64,000 bases of DNA from NCBI GenBank assembly GCA_050015255.1, contig JBEKBT010000004.1:3551-67550 (forward strand), in the 5' to 3' direction. Source of the DNA: Acidimicrobiales bacterium. GTDB lineage: Bacteria; Actinomycetota; Acidimicrobiia; Acidimicrobiales; Bog-793. The notes below the pieces were generated by a model, which was given only the letters and a program-made list of their open reading frames with translations, had not been told where the DNA came from and did not search any database. The position numbers and the translations under genes are program-made. Each line of letters opens with the position of its first letter. Position 1 is the first letter of the stretch. Positions 37,469 to 46,937 of the stretch are shown here, one piece after another.

Positions 37469-37717
37469 GTGTCTGAGCCCACGGCTCCACCCGCGGACGA
37501 GGTTCTCGACTGCACCGGGTTGGCGTGCCCGCTGCCGGTCGTGAAGACCGCGCAGGCGATCAAGAATCTCTCGCCGGGGCAAGTTCTCGAGCTCCTCGCC
37601 ACTGACCCGGGCGTCGAGCCCGACATGCGCGCATGGAGCAGCCGCACAGGCAACGAACTGCTGGGCATCAGCAAGCAGGCTGACGTCTTCCATATCCTCA
37701 TCCGCCGGGTGAAGTGA
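37469..37717 (+). CDS. tusA: TusA-like sulfur carrier (SirA/YedF/YeeD family)
   Basis: 82 aa with LDCTGLACPLPVVK (the CPxP active-site Cys motif). GTG start lies 8 nt after AAGGAGG. Confidence 0.88.
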   Translation: MSEPTAPPADEVLDCTGLACPLPVVKTAQAIKNLSPGQVLELLATDPGVEPDMRAWSSRTGNELLGISKQADVFHILIRRVK

Positions 37718-37720
37718 CAG

Positions 37721-38113
37721 ATGGCGACGACGTGGGCCGACGACTCTGAGACCAAGATCCTCTACGTGCAGACGCACGGGGCGGACGACCCGGGGCGCAG
37801 CGCGACACCCTTCTTTCTTGCCGCCTCCGCGGCTGCGATGGAGTTCGAGGTCAAGATCTACTTCACGATGTACGGCCCTACCCTGCTGCGCAAGGACGTC
37901 GTGGACAAGATCGGCCCGAAGGGCGACCAGGGCCAGCCGTTGCGCTACTTCATCGAACAGGCGACCAGCCTCGGCGTCCGGCTTCTGGTCTGCCAGCCGT
38001 CGCTGGACCTCAACGACCTGGTGCTCGACGACCTGATCGACGGAGTCGAGGTCATCGGTGGCGCAGCCTTCAACGACCTCGCCGCCTCCGCCGATGCCGT
38101 GATCAGCTTCTAG
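37721..38113 (+). CDS. DsrE/DsrF-family sulfurtransferase
   Basis: 130 aa. ILYVQTHGADDPGRSATPFFLAASAAAM, a conserved Cys in RLLVCQPSL, and GAAFNDL. It starts 3 nt after the tusA stop. Confidence 0.8.
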   Translation: MATTWADDSETKILYVQTHGADDPGRSATPFFLAASAAAMEFEVKIYFTMYGPTLLRKDVVDKIGPKGDQGQPLRYFIEQATSLGVRLLVCQPSLDLNDLVLDDLIDGVEVIGGAAFNDLAASADAVISF

Positions 38114-38121
38114 GCCCGGCG

Positions 38122-38856
38122 ATGACCCTGACAGCCGGCCGGGAAGCCGAGACGGACGCCCACTACAAGGCCCCGGATGTCGCCGGCTACGCCGATGTGT
38201 CCTACGAAGTGAAGTTGCGGCTGTTCGACCAGGTGAAGGGCGATATGCGGTTCGGCGATTACCTGTACGGCTGCTATGAGTGCGGCATCTGCGTCGCCGC
38301 TTGCCCGTCGGCCAAGTTCTACGACTTCAGCCCGCGGCGCATCGCGCAGGCGGCCGCGCGCGAGGACGTGGACCTTTTCTACCAGCAGATGCAGGAGGAC
38401 ATCTGGGAGTGTTCCCAGTGCTTTTCCTGCCTGCGGTGCCCGCGCGGCAACAACCCGGGCGGGATCATCACGATCATGCGGGAGGTGGCCGTCCGCAACG
38501 GGCTGGCTTCGGCCAAGCAAGCCCTCGTCGGCTACTCGCGGATCATCTATAAGATCATGTCCACCGGCACGCAGGTCTCGCCGGACATGCTGCGGCCGGA
38601 CGCGTTCCCCGACTGGGGCCCCGAGACCGGCGACGTGGCGGACAACCTGGACCTGTGGCGCCGGGCCCTGCCTCCCGAGACGATGCACACGACCTCCTCC
38701 GGGTGGTCCGTCGCCGACAGGACGCTGGTCGAGCTCTACGTCATCTGGTTGGAGACCGGCGCCCTGGACATGATCGCGGAGGTCGATCGCGGCCTGCACT
38801 CGATCCTCCGGGAGCTGATGGAGGAACGCCTCGAGGAAGAAGGCATAGAGCTATGA
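38122..38856 (+). CDS. hdrC1: sHdrC1-like heterodisulfide reductase subunit C (2x[4Fe-4S])
   Basis: Carries CYECGICVAACP and CSQCFSCLRCP ferredoxin-type motifs. About 244 aa, as in sulfur-oxidiser hdrC1. Confidence 0.85.
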   Translation: MTLTAGREAETDAHYKAPDVAGYADVSYEVKLRLFDQVKGDMRFGDYLYGCYECGICVAACPSAKFYDFSPRRIAQAAAREDVDLFYQQMQEDIWECSQCFSCLRCPRGNNPGGIITIMREVAVRNGLASAKQALVGYSRIIYKIMSTGTQVSPDMLRPDAFPDWGPETGDVADNLDLWRRALPPETMHTTSSGWSVADRTLVELYVIWLETGALDMIAEVDRGLHSILRELMEERLEEEGIEL

Positions 38857-40106
38857 CAACCCCCATTGCGGCTCCGATCACCCTCAGGCGCGCCAAGGCG
38901 GCCGAGGAACCGGTCGCCGACCGCAGGTCGCTGGAAGATCCCCGCGCCGAGCTGCTCGAGCTGGAGCGGCAGGGAGAGCTGATCGTGCAGAAGATCGACC
39001 GGGAAGCGGTCACGGTGTCCACCAAATTCGGGCGCGAGAAGCGGATCCAGAAGGCGCACCTGTGGCACCACAAGTCCTGCGGCCAGTGCGGCCACATCCC
39101 CGGCTACTCCACCTCGATCTTCTGGGTGATGCGCAAGCTCGGCTACGACTACCACGACCCGCATGACCAGACGTCCTGCACGGCCTGGAATTATTACGCG
39201 AGCGCGACGTCCAACTCGGCTGCCCAGGCCGCCGTCGCCGTCCGCAACTTCGCGGCCGCGTACGAGAGCGGCTACTTCCCGCTCATCCACTGCGGCACCT
39301 CCTACGGTCACTACAAAGAGGTGAGGGAGGAGCTGATACGCCACCCAGAGCTCCGGGCCCAGGTCCGCGGCATCATGGCCAAACTGGGTAAGCCTCTGGT
39401 GCTGCCGGAGGAGATCGTGCACTACTCGGAGTGGTTCCACGCCTTGCGCGACGAGATCGCTGCGAAACAGGTCCGCGACGTGTCGAAAATCATCGTGACC
39501 GTCCATCCCGCGTGCCACTACTACAAGATCGTCTCCGGCGACGCGATCTACGACCCGGACATCTACGGCGGCCAGCGCACGGCCGTGGTGACCGGCTTGG
39601 CCGAGGCGCTCGGTGCCGAGGTGCGCAACTACTCGACCTGGTTCGACTGCTGTGGCTTCGGTTTCCGGCACATCTTGGTGCAGCGGGACTTCACGCGCTC
39701 GTTCGCCACACTGCGCAAGATCGAGGTGATGAAGGAGGAGGCCAACCCCGATGTCGTGCTGACTCACGACACCGGGTGCGTCACGACGCTGGACAAGAGC
39801 CAGTTCGCGGCCAGGGCGCACGGACGCAACGTCGGGCTCGCGGTGCTCAGCGAGGCGCAGTTCGCCGCCCTGGCGATGGGGGCCCACCCCTTCCGGGTGT
39901 GCCAGCTGCATTGGCATTCCGCCGATTACCGGCCGTTGCTCGAGAAGATGGGCATCGACTGGGAGCAGGCGTGGGCCGAGTTCCAGGGCGATCTGCGCCG
40001 ACTCGAGAGCGGCGAGAAGCGCTATCTCGACTGGGATGATGCCGATGGTACGCACGACGAGGGCGCGCCCCGGGTCTCGCCCGCCGGTCACGAACACGAA
40101 AATTGA
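38853..40106 (+). CDS. hdrB1: sHdrB1-like heterodisulfide reductase subunit B (CCG domains)
   Basis: ATGA overlap with hdrC1. CCG-type Cys motifs (HPACHYY, WFDCCGFGF, HDTGCVTT). Confidence 0.85.
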   Translation: MTTPIAAPITLRRAKAAEEPVADRRSLEDPRAELLELERQGELIVQKIDREAVTVSTKFGREKRIQKAHLWHHKSCGQCGHIPGYSTSIFWVMRKLGYDYHDPHDQTSCTAWNYYASATSNSAAQAAVAVRNFAAAYESGYFPLIHCGTSYGHYKEVREELIRHPELRAQVRGIMAKLGKPLVLPEEIVHYSEWFHALRDEIAAKQVRDVSKIIVTVHPACHYYKIVSGDAIYDPDIYGGQRTAVVTGLAEALGAEVRNYSTWFDCCGFGFRHILVQRDFTRSFATLRKIEVMKEEANPDVVLTHDTGCVTTLDKSQFAARAHGRNVGLAVLSEAQFAALAMGAHPFRVCQLHWHSADYRPLLEKMGIDWEQAWAEFQGDLRRLESGEKRYLDWDDADGTHDEGAPRVSPAGHEHEN

Positions 40107-40114
40107 GGTTACGA

Positions 40115-41233
40115 ATGTCCTCGGAAACGATTGTGGTCATCGGCGGGGGACCCGGTGGGCTGCGTGCGGCGCAAGGGATCGCAGAGATTGGTCGCAGGGC
40201 GGTGCTGATCGAGCAGCGCGAGTTCCTGGGCGGCACGCCGGTCGCGGAGAACTATTCCGGCCTGACTCCGCGAGGTGAGCCTGCTCAGCCACAGATCCGG
40301 CAGATGATCGATCAGGTCACTGCCGACCCGCTCATCGAAGTCCGGCTCGGTACCGAGCTTGTCGGGGTGTCCGGGGAGCCCGGGGCGTTCACCCTTAGGC
40401 TGCGTGGCGCGCAGACACTCGAGATGCCGGCGGCCGGTGGGCAAGAGGCCGAGGCGCCGGCGGCCGGCGACAACCAGACGGTCGAGTGCGGCGCGATCAT
40501 CATCGCCACCGGGTTCGGACATTTCGACCCTGGCCGGTCGACCCAGATGTACGGGTATTACGAGTTCCCCGACGTCATCACTCAGCCCGAGCTCGAGGCG
40601 ATGCTGTCCGAGCACCGGGTCCGGCGCCCGTCCAACGGCCAGCCACCGGAGCGGATCTGCTTCGTCCAGTGTGTGGGCAGCCGTGACCGTCAGATCGGCA
40701 ACGAGTACTGCTCGAAGGTGTGCTGCGGCGTGGCCTCCAAGGAGGCCATCGAGCTCCGGGAGCTGTTGCCGGATTCGAAGGTGCTCATCTTCTACATCGA
40801 CATGAGGATGTACGGCTACTGGGAGAACGAGATCTACTGGCCGGCCCAGGAACAGCACCATGTCCAGTATGTAAAGGGGCTGATCACCGAGGTGCTTCCG
40901 AAGGGTGACCGCTTGTTGGTGCGCGGCGAGGACACCACGATGGGCCGGCCGATGGAGGTGCCTATGGACCTGGTCGTGCTGTCGGTCGGCATGGAGCCGT
41001 CGCCCGGCACCCGCGAGCTGGCGAGGCTGCTCGGGGTGAAGCAGAACAAGTACGGGTTCATCGAGGCCGCCGGGGTGCCGCTCGACCCGGTCAGCACCGA
41101 CCGGGAGGGGATCTTCGCCTGTGGCGCGGCGCTCGGACCGGCAGATCTCGAGGACACGGTCTCCTCGGCGGCCGGTGCGGCCATGAGGGCGGTCGGCTAT
41201 TTACGGTCGCGTGCCGTCGCGGCTGTGAACTGA
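40115..41233 (+). CDS. hdrA: sHdrA-like FAD/[4Fe-4S] flavoprotein
   Basis: Dinucleotide fold IVVIGGGPGGLRAA and an HdrA-type Cys cluster FVQCVGSRDRQIGNEYCSKVCCG. ATG 40115 follows GAGG. Confidence 0.85.
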   Translation: MSSETIVVIGGGPGGLRAAQGIAEIGRRAVLIEQREFLGGTPVAENYSGLTPRGEPAQPQIRQMIDQVTADPLIEVRLGTELVGVSGEPGAFTLRLRGAQTLEMPAAGGQEAEAPAAGDNQTVECGAIIIATGFGHFDPGRSTQMYGYYEFPDVITQPELEAMLSEHRVRRPSNGQPPERICFVQCVGSRDRQIGNEYCSKVCCGVASKEAIELRELLPDSKVLIFYIDMRMYGYWENEIYWPAQEQHHVQYVKGLITEVLPKGDRLLVRGEDTTMGRPMEVPMDLVVLSVGMEPSPGTRELARLLGVKQNKYGFIEAAGVPLDPVSTDREGIFACGAALGPADLEDTVSSAAGAAMRAVGYLRSRAVAAVN

Positions 41234-41242
41234 GGCGGCCAC

Positions 41243-41998
41243 TTGCTGATGGCCGGTCCTGTAGTCGACACGGAGAGCGCGCTGGAGTTCCAACGCGAGA
41301 TCATGGAACAGGTAAGCGAGGCGGAATTAAAGGCCATCGCCGCTGATCTCGACCGCAAGTCGGCGGCGTTGCGAGAGCTCTTGTCCGGCGAGCCGTCCCT
41401 CTTGGGCCGCGCCGCTCTGCGGCAGGTGCTGCGTTGGGTGTTCGCTACCCGGCGGCGCGCCGACCGGATCCTGGACTCGCTCGGCCCGCAGCCGCTGGCG
41501 GCGGCCATCGCCGGGCTTCTGGCCGGTGACGAGCCCGTGGCGGACCGGATCGATCGCTTCGACGCCGCCTTCAGCGGGCGCGCCGCCCAGGTCGCACTGG
41601 CAGGCTCCGGCTTCGATCTCCCCACGGAACTGCTGCATTTCACCTCGCCCGAGCGGTACTGGCTGTGGACCAGGTGGATATTCGATCCCGATGCCCGGAC
41701 CGGTGCCTTGGCTCTGGTCACGACCGATGACGTGGATCTGGGCGCGGGAGCCACCAGGGGCGCGGTCTACCTCACCGTCGGGCGGGCAACGGCCTTTGTC
41801 GACGAGACCGGAAAGGCCGCCGGCTTTACCGTGGCGGGTCCCGGTCTGTTCGGCGTCGATGTCCTGCTGGCCGCGGTCTACGGGGTCTACATGTACACAG
41901 TCCTGCGGATGCGGATGACCCGTGAGTTCAACCGGGTGATCCCGCCGCTGCCCGATCTCATTCGCCGCCTGCTCGGCGTCTATCACCTGGAGGGCTAG
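41243..41998 (+). CDS. conserved hypothetical protein of sHdr clusters (hyp)
   Basis: About 250 aa with no recognisable cofactor motif. It occupies the hyp position between hdrA and the hdrC2/B2-type gene. The start is TTG 41243 or ATG 41249. Confidence 0.7.
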   Translation: MLMAGPVVDTESALEFQREIMEQVSEAELKAIAADLDRKSAALRELLSGEPSLLGRAALRQVLRWVFATRRRADRILDSLGPQPLAAAIAGLLAGDEPVADRIDRFDAAFSGRAAQVALAGSGFDLPTELLHFTSPERYWLWTRWIFDPDARTGALALVTTDDVDLGAGATRGAVYLTVGRATAFVDETGKAAGFTVAGPGLFGVDVLLAAVYGVYMYTVLRMRMTREFNRVIPPLPDLIRRLLGVYHLEG

Positions 41999-42002
41999 GA
42001 CC

Positions 42003-43310
42003 GTGCCTGTAGGTGGCCGGAAGATCCCGCCGGTCGCAGTGGAAAAGGAGCTGGCGACGGTCGCCTCCACCATCTCGGGGCGCGAGGTGGAGCTACCGGC
42101 GATGTGGAACCGGATGTTCGAGCCGCGGGTCCTCACCGACTACGGCCCGGATGGATTCGCCGCGATCTCGACCCTGCCCGGTGGTGAGTCGCTGGAATGG
42201 TGTTACGGCTGCGGCAAGTGCGTGCCGGTCTGCCCGGTCGACATGGTGGGCGACTATGGCCCGCGCAAGATCCACCGCAAGGTCCAGACCGGAACTCAGC
42301 TGCTGGCCGACGCCGATCTGTGGCTGTGCACCACTTGCGCCAACTGCCTGCGGGTCTGTCCGAAACAGGTCGACATGACCGCCATCATGCCGGCCGTGCG
42401 CGAGGCCGCGCTCAGCAGTGCGGAGGTGCCGGCGGAGCTGCAGGACGTCTTCGAGAAGACCTTCCGGCACGGCAACGCGCTCGGGCAGAGTCAGCGGCGC
42501 CGGGCGCAGTGGGCAGACAGCGCCGGGGTCCCCGTGCGGGTGCTGGCCAAGGATCCGGCACCCGTCGACGTGCTTTTCTACGTGGAGGACTACTGGAGCT
42601 TCCACCCCCGCGGCCAGGACGCGGCCCGCGCCTTCGCCAGGGTGGCCTCGGCGCTCGGCATCGACTGGGCGATTCTCGGCCCGGAGGAGAAGACGCTCGG
42701 TGACTCTCAGCGTCTTGCCGGCGAGAAGGGCCTGTTCGACGCGCTGGTCGAAGATGTCACCACGGTCCTGGCGAAATACGAGTTCGCCCGGATCGTGACG
42801 CCTGACCCGCATGCTTTCAACGCCCTGGTCAGGGAGTACCCGCGGCGCGGGCACACCTTCGATGCGCTGCACTACACACAGCTCCTCGCGCCCCTGGTCG
42901 GTCAGATCGACTGGGCCAGGGAGCTGAACTTGCGGGTGACCTTTCACGATCCGTGCTATTTGGGAAGGCAGCACGGCGAGTACGACGCCCCCCGGACGCT
43001 GCTCGAGGCGATTCCCGGCGTCGAAGTTGTCGAGATGGGCCGCTGCCGGGAGAACGCCTACTGCTGCGGTGGTGGCGGCGGCGGCATGTGGCTGGACGGT
43101 TTCACGAGAGATCACACGACCGAGCGCCTTTCCGAGCGCCGGGTTCGCGAGGCCGCCCAGACCGGGGCCGACGTGCTGGCGGTCTGCTGTCCTTATGAGG
43201 TGTCCAGGTTCACCGACGCCGCCAAGGCGACCGGTCACGAGGACCTGCGTGTGTGCGACGTCATCGAGCTGATGGACGAGGCGATGCGGGACGAGGCGCA
43301 AGGTGGTTGA
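42003..43310 (+). CDS. fused HdrC2-HdrB2-like Fe-S/CCG protein (HdrB3/HdrD-like)
   Basis: The N-terminal part has two ferredoxin motifs (CYGCGKCVPVCP, CTTCANCLRVCP). The C-terminal part has two CCG domains (HDPCYLGR, YCCGGGGG, VCCPYE). The exact start is uncertain. Confidence 0.82.
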   Translation: MPVGGRKIPPVAVEKELATVASTISGREVELPAMWNRMFEPRVLTDYGPDGFAAISTLPGGESLEWCYGCGKCVPVCPVDMVGDYGPRKIHRKVQTGTQLLADADLWLCTTCANCLRVCPKQVDMTAIMPAVREAALSSAEVPAELQDVFEKTFRHGNALGQSQRRRAQWADSAGVPVRVLAKDPAPVDVLFYVEDYWSFHPRGQDAARAFARVASALGIDWAILGPEEKTLGDSQRLAGEKGLFDALVEDVTTVLAKYEFARIVTPDPHAFNALVREYPRRGHTFDALHYTQLLAPLVGQIDWARELNLRVTFHDPCYLGRQHGEYDAPRTLLEAIPGVEVVEMGRCRENAYCCGGGGGGMWLDGFTRDHTTERLSERRVREAAQTGADVLAVCCPYEVSRFTDAAKATGHEDLRVCDVIELMDEAMRDEAQGG

Positions 43311-44331
43311 GCCGCTGCGAGTCGTCGACTCCGGTCTCAGCTCGCCGTTGCGTTCCCAGACCCTGTGGCATGCGATCGCCTACGGGGTGTCCGCCGGGGG
43401 ACGGGCGACTCTCTCTTTTTGCCGCCCGGCCGAGCCGTACGTCTGCCTCGGCTACCACCGGGGGATCGACGAGGTGGACCGCGACTACTGCCGGGAGAAC
43501 GGCCTGCCCCTCTTGCGGCGGATGGTGGGCGGCGGTCCGGTCTACCTGGACTCGGACCAGCTGTTCTTCCAGATCTGCCTGCCGGCCCGGGCGGTGCCAG
43601 CGGCCCGTCGCCAGGCCCTGCGCGTGCTGCTCGAGCCCGTCGTGACCGCTTTCCGCGCGGTCGGGGTGCCAGCGGCACTCGATGACGACCTGGAGATCTG
43701 CCTCGACGATCGCAAGATCTGCGGGCACGGGGCGGGCCAGATCGAGGACGCCGTGGTGGTCTGCGGCAACCTGATCCAGCGGTTCGACCACGAGCGGGCG
43801 GCCCGGGTGCTCGCCCTGGCCGATCCCGCCCAGAGGGACCAGACGCTCGCGCTGATGCACCGCTTCGTCGCCGCGACCCCGCTCGACCCGGCTGCCTTCC
43901 AGGCGGCCATGATCAGTGCCTACGCCACTGCGCTCGGGCTCGGTGCGCAAGGCGGTGCGTTGACCGGGACCGAGCGGACGGTGCTCGAGGGCCTTGACGA
44001 AAGATTCACCAGCGATACCTGGTTGGCCGGACCGGTCCGGCCCGCGACGGCAAGAGCCGGGAGACCCAGTGCTCGCCAGGTCAAGGTGCGAGCCGGGGTG
44101 TGGACGCTCGGCGCGACATACGACGGGGCACAGGTCGCCGCTGGCGTGGTCCGGGGGACGGTCGAGAAGGTGCGGCTGCACGACCGCGGACTGAACGGGT
44201 CGACAGAGCAGGCGGAAGAGGCCCTCCAGGGCATCCCGTTGCATTCGGTCGCTCGAGTGCTGACGGGCTTTGGTGATCCAGGGCGCCGGCTGGCTGCGGC
44301 CTTCGCGACAGCCGATCCCGGGAGGCTCTGA
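43303..44331 (+). CDS. lipoate-protein ligase family protein (LplA-like, copy 1)
   Basis: Motifs LRRMVGGGPVYLD and DDRKICGHGAGQ (LplA-type RRxxGGGxV and catalytic Lys context). GTG start overlaps the preceding gene by 8 nt. Confidence 0.78.
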   Translation: MVEPLRVVDSGLSSPLRSQTLWHAIAYGVSAGGRATLSFCRPAEPYVCLGYHRGIDEVDRDYCRENGLPLLRRMVGGGPVYLDSDQLFFQICLPARAVPAARRQALRVLLEPVVTAFRAVGVPAALDDDLEICLDDRKICGHGAGQIEDAVVVCGNLIQRFDHERAARVLALADPAQRDQTLALMHRFVAATPLDPAAFQAAMISAYATALGLGAQGGALTGTERTVLEGLDERFTSDTWLAGPVRPATARAGRPSARQVKVRAGVWTLGATYDGAQVAAGVVRGTVEKVRLHDRGLNGSTEQAEEALQGIPLHSVARVLTGFGDPGRRLAAAFATADPGRL

Positions 44332-44795
44332 TGGAAGAAACTGCGCTCGTCATCGTGTCCGGCTTCCCGCTCGCTCTCGACCGGCGCTACCAAGCGGAGA
44401 CGCACATGTGGGTGCTGGATACCGGACCGGGCCGGGTGAGGATCGGGATGGACCCGCTCGGGATCGAGACCAGCGGAACCCTGGCTCAGCTGTCGTTTCT
44501 GCCGACAGGGACCGAGCTCACAGCAGGCCGGCCGTTCGGCCAGCTGGAGGCGGCCAAGTTCGTGGGCCCGCTCCTCAGCCCCGTCTCAGGCGCCATGCTG
44601 GCCGTGAACGACGCGGTCGCCCGTGACCCGGGCCTGGCAGAGCGGGACCCGTACGGGGCCGGCTGGCTGATCGAGGCGAGCGTGAGCGAAACCGCCGGCG
44701 AGCTGTCGGGGCTTCTCGCCGAGCCGGCCGAGATCACCGCCTGGTTCGCGGCCAGGATCGCCCACTACCGGCTGAACGGGCTGCTCGCGCAATGA
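44331..44795 (+). CDS. lbpA: GcvH-like lipoate-binding protein LbpA (copy 1)
   Basis: 154 aa. THMWVL...VRIGMDP, the lipoyl-Lys context GQLEAAKFVGPLLSPVSGAMLAVN, and DPYGAGWL. Confidence 0.85.
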   Translation: MEETALVIVSGFPLALDRRYQAETHMWVLDTGPGRVRIGMDPLGIETSGTLAQLSFLPTGTELTAGRPFGQLEAAKFVGPLLSPVSGAMLAVNDAVARDPGLAERDPYGAGWLIEASVSETAGELSGLLAEPAEITAWFAARIAHYRLNGLLAQ

Positions 44796-45781
44796 CCACG
44801 GCGCAAGCGCTGTCGCGCCCCGCCGCGGTGCGGCGGGCGAACTTCCCTGACGTGATGGATTTTTACGCGCCGGGCCTGAAGCGCTGGCAAACCTCGGAGT
44901 GGGTCCCGACCACTCCCCGACGGTTCCTGCCCGTATCGGTCACCGGCTCGGCGTGCGCTCTGTCCTGCGACCACTGCCAGGCGAAGGTGCTCGACGGCAT
45001 GGTGTCGGTCCGCGCAGGTCAGGACCTGTTCACACTCGCAGCTCGCCTCCGCGAGGAGGGGAGCGAGGGGCTGCTCGTATCGGGCGGTTCCACCCGCGCC
45101 GGCGGGGTGCCGTTGTTGGCGCATCTGCGCCACATCGCGCGGATCCGCAGCGAGCTCGGGATGAAGGTCGTCGTGCACTCGGGCCTGGTGTCGCCCGAGC
45201 TCGCGGCCGGCCTGGCAGCATCGGGCGTGGACGGTGTGATGCTCGATGTCATCGGGTCCGACGAGACACTGCGCGACGTCTACCACCTCGACCTGACCGT
45301 GGCCGACGTGGACCGTTCGCTGCGGCTGCTGTCCGAGGCCGGGCTGCGGATCATCCCGCACATCGTCCTCGGTCTGCACTACGGCCGTTTCCTGGGCGAG
45401 CACCGGGCGCTGGAGATGGTCACCCGATACCCGGTCTCGACACTGATCCTGGTGCTGCTCGTGCCGCTCGTCGGCACGCCGATGGCGCATGTGCCGCCGC
45501 CCCCCGTCGATCAGGTGGCGGAGTTTTTCGCCACCGCCCGCTTGGCCGCTCCGTCGACGACGATCAATCTCGGCTGCGCCCGCCCGTTCGGTGCGCTGAA
45601 AGGGGAGCTCGACCGGGCGGCGATCGACCTCGGGCTGAACGGCATCGCCTATCCGGCGGACGGCGCAATCGAGTACGCGAGGTCGCGCGGGCTTGCACCG
45701 CGGCTGTTCGAGTACTGCTGCTCGCTCACCTGGAACGGGGCACAGGACAGCGGCTTGGCCGCCGTGCAGGTGACCAGGTGA
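44792..45781 (+). CDS. radical SAM protein (LipS1/LipS2-type lipoyl synthase component)
   Basis: CX3CX2C motif in VTGSACALSCDHCQA. ATGA overlap with lbpA. Confidence 0.8.
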   Translation: MTTAQALSRPAAVRRANFPDVMDFYAPGLKRWQTSEWVPTTPRRFLPVSVTGSACALSCDHCQAKVLDGMVSVRAGQDLFTLAARLREEGSEGLLVSGGSTRAGGVPLLAHLRHIARIRSELGMKVVVHSGLVSPELAAGLAASGVDGVMLDVIGSDETLRDVYHLDLTVADVDRSLRLLSEAGLRIIPHIVLGLHYGRFLGEHRALEMVTRYPVSTLILVLLVPLVGTPMAHVPPPPVDQVAEFFATARLAAPSTTINLGCARPFGALKGELDRAAIDLGLNGIAYPADGAIEYARSRGLAPRLFEYCCSLTWNGAQDSGLAAVQVTR

Positions 45782-46926
45782 GCGAGACGTGGCGGCTACT
45801 GGCCGACGACGGCGCCGGGGCAGCCGAGGGACTCGCCCTGGACGAAGCGCTGATGAGCCGGTACGCACGGGACGAACCGGACTGTCCGCCGACGTTGCGG
45901 CTCTACAGCTATCGCGATCACTGCGCCCTGATCGGCCGCTACCAGAACCTCGAGGCCGAGGTCGACCTGGCCGCCTGCCGTCGCACCGGCACCGAGGTCA
46001 GCCGCAGGCTCACGGGCGGAGGTGCCATCGTCATGGGATCTGGCCAGTTGGGAATTGCCTACGTCGACCGGGCACGGACCGACCAGCGTCCGCGGGAGAC
46101 CATCGAGGAACTCTCGGCCGCGCTCGTCGCCGGCTGCGCTCGACTGGGCATCCCTGCGAGCTTCGGTGGCAAGAACGACCTGGAGGTCGGCAGCCGGAAG
46201 ATCGCCGGCCTCGGGCTCTATGTCGACTCGGCCGGCGCGATGCTCTTCCACGCGAGTGTCCTGGCCGACCTCGACGTCGCGTTCATGCTTCAAGTGCTGC
46301 AGATACCCGCAGCGAAAATGGCCGACCGGGCCACGGCCGCGGTGACCGAGCGGATCACGACTGTCTCTGCCGAGACCGGCGCCCGGCACGACGCCGCGAC
46401 TCTTAGACCGGTCATCGCCGACAGCTTCGCGACGACCTTCGGGGTGTCCCTGGAGCCTGCGATGCCTAACCGGCAGGAGCAGGCTCACGCCGTTGCCCTC
46501 GCTGCCAGCAGGTACCGGTCGCAGGCCTGGCTGAGCGAGCGGAGCGTCGCGGCGGATGCCAGCGGGTCGTCGCTGTTGAAGACGCCGGCAGGGCTGGCCA
46601 GGATCTATCTCGCCACCCATGGTGACCTGGTCAAGAGTGTGATGGTCGCCGGGGACTTCAACGAGCTGCCACCCGCCCTGGCGGCTATGGAGTCCGGCCT
46701 TCGCTGGCGACGCCTGGAGCACGACGCCATCCTCGCCGTTGTTGCCCGCTCGCAGGCGGCCGACGCGCTGGGCGTCGCACCCGAGCGACTCGCCGCCGCC
46801 GTGATGGAGGCAGGCCGCCAGGCGGGCGAAAAAGACGCGGCCAGGGCGGTCCGGGCCACGGACTCCTGTTTGTTGCCTGAGCCGGTCGACGCCGCGGATC
46901 GGCGCTGTTGCCCCGAGCCGGGCTGA
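45778..46926 (+). CDS. lipoate-protein ligase A family protein (LplA-like, copy 2)
   Basis: Motifs LRLYSY, SRRLTGGGAIVM and GSRKIAGLGLY, with a C-terminal accessory domain. GTGA overlap with the preceding gene. The first ~293 codons of track ORF 44899..46926 are an out-of-frame shadow. Confidence 0.82.
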   Translation: MSETWRLLADDGAGAAEGLALDEALMSRYARDEPDCPPTLRLYSYRDHCALIGRYQNLEAEVDLAACRRTGTEVSRRLTGGGAIVMGSGQLGIAYVDRARTDQRPRETIEELSAALVAGCARLGIPASFGGKNDLEVGSRKIAGLGLYVDSAGAMLFHASVLADLDVAFMLQVLQIPAAKMADRATAAVTERITTVSAETGARHDAATLRPVIADSFATTFGVSLEPAMPNRQEQAHAVALAASRYRSQAWLSERSVAADASGSSLLKTPAGLARIYLATHGDLVKSVMVAGDFNELPPALAAMESGLRWRRLEHDAILAVVARSQAADALGVAPERLAAAVMEAGRQAGEKDAARAVRATDSCLLPEPVDAADRRCCPEPG

Positions 46927-46937
46927 AGAGAGACGCC

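Noticed and set aside
44899-45777. N-terminal extensions of several track ORFs. These are 44899..45777 of the 675-aa ORF, 36056..36745 of the 463-aa ORF, 49569..49805 of the 799-aa ORF, 38655..38852 and 35637..35810.
   Set aside because: These stretches overlap the preceding, well-supported gene in another frame and are low-complexity. Internal start codons with RBS or ATGA/GTGA coupling give proteins of the expected family length.
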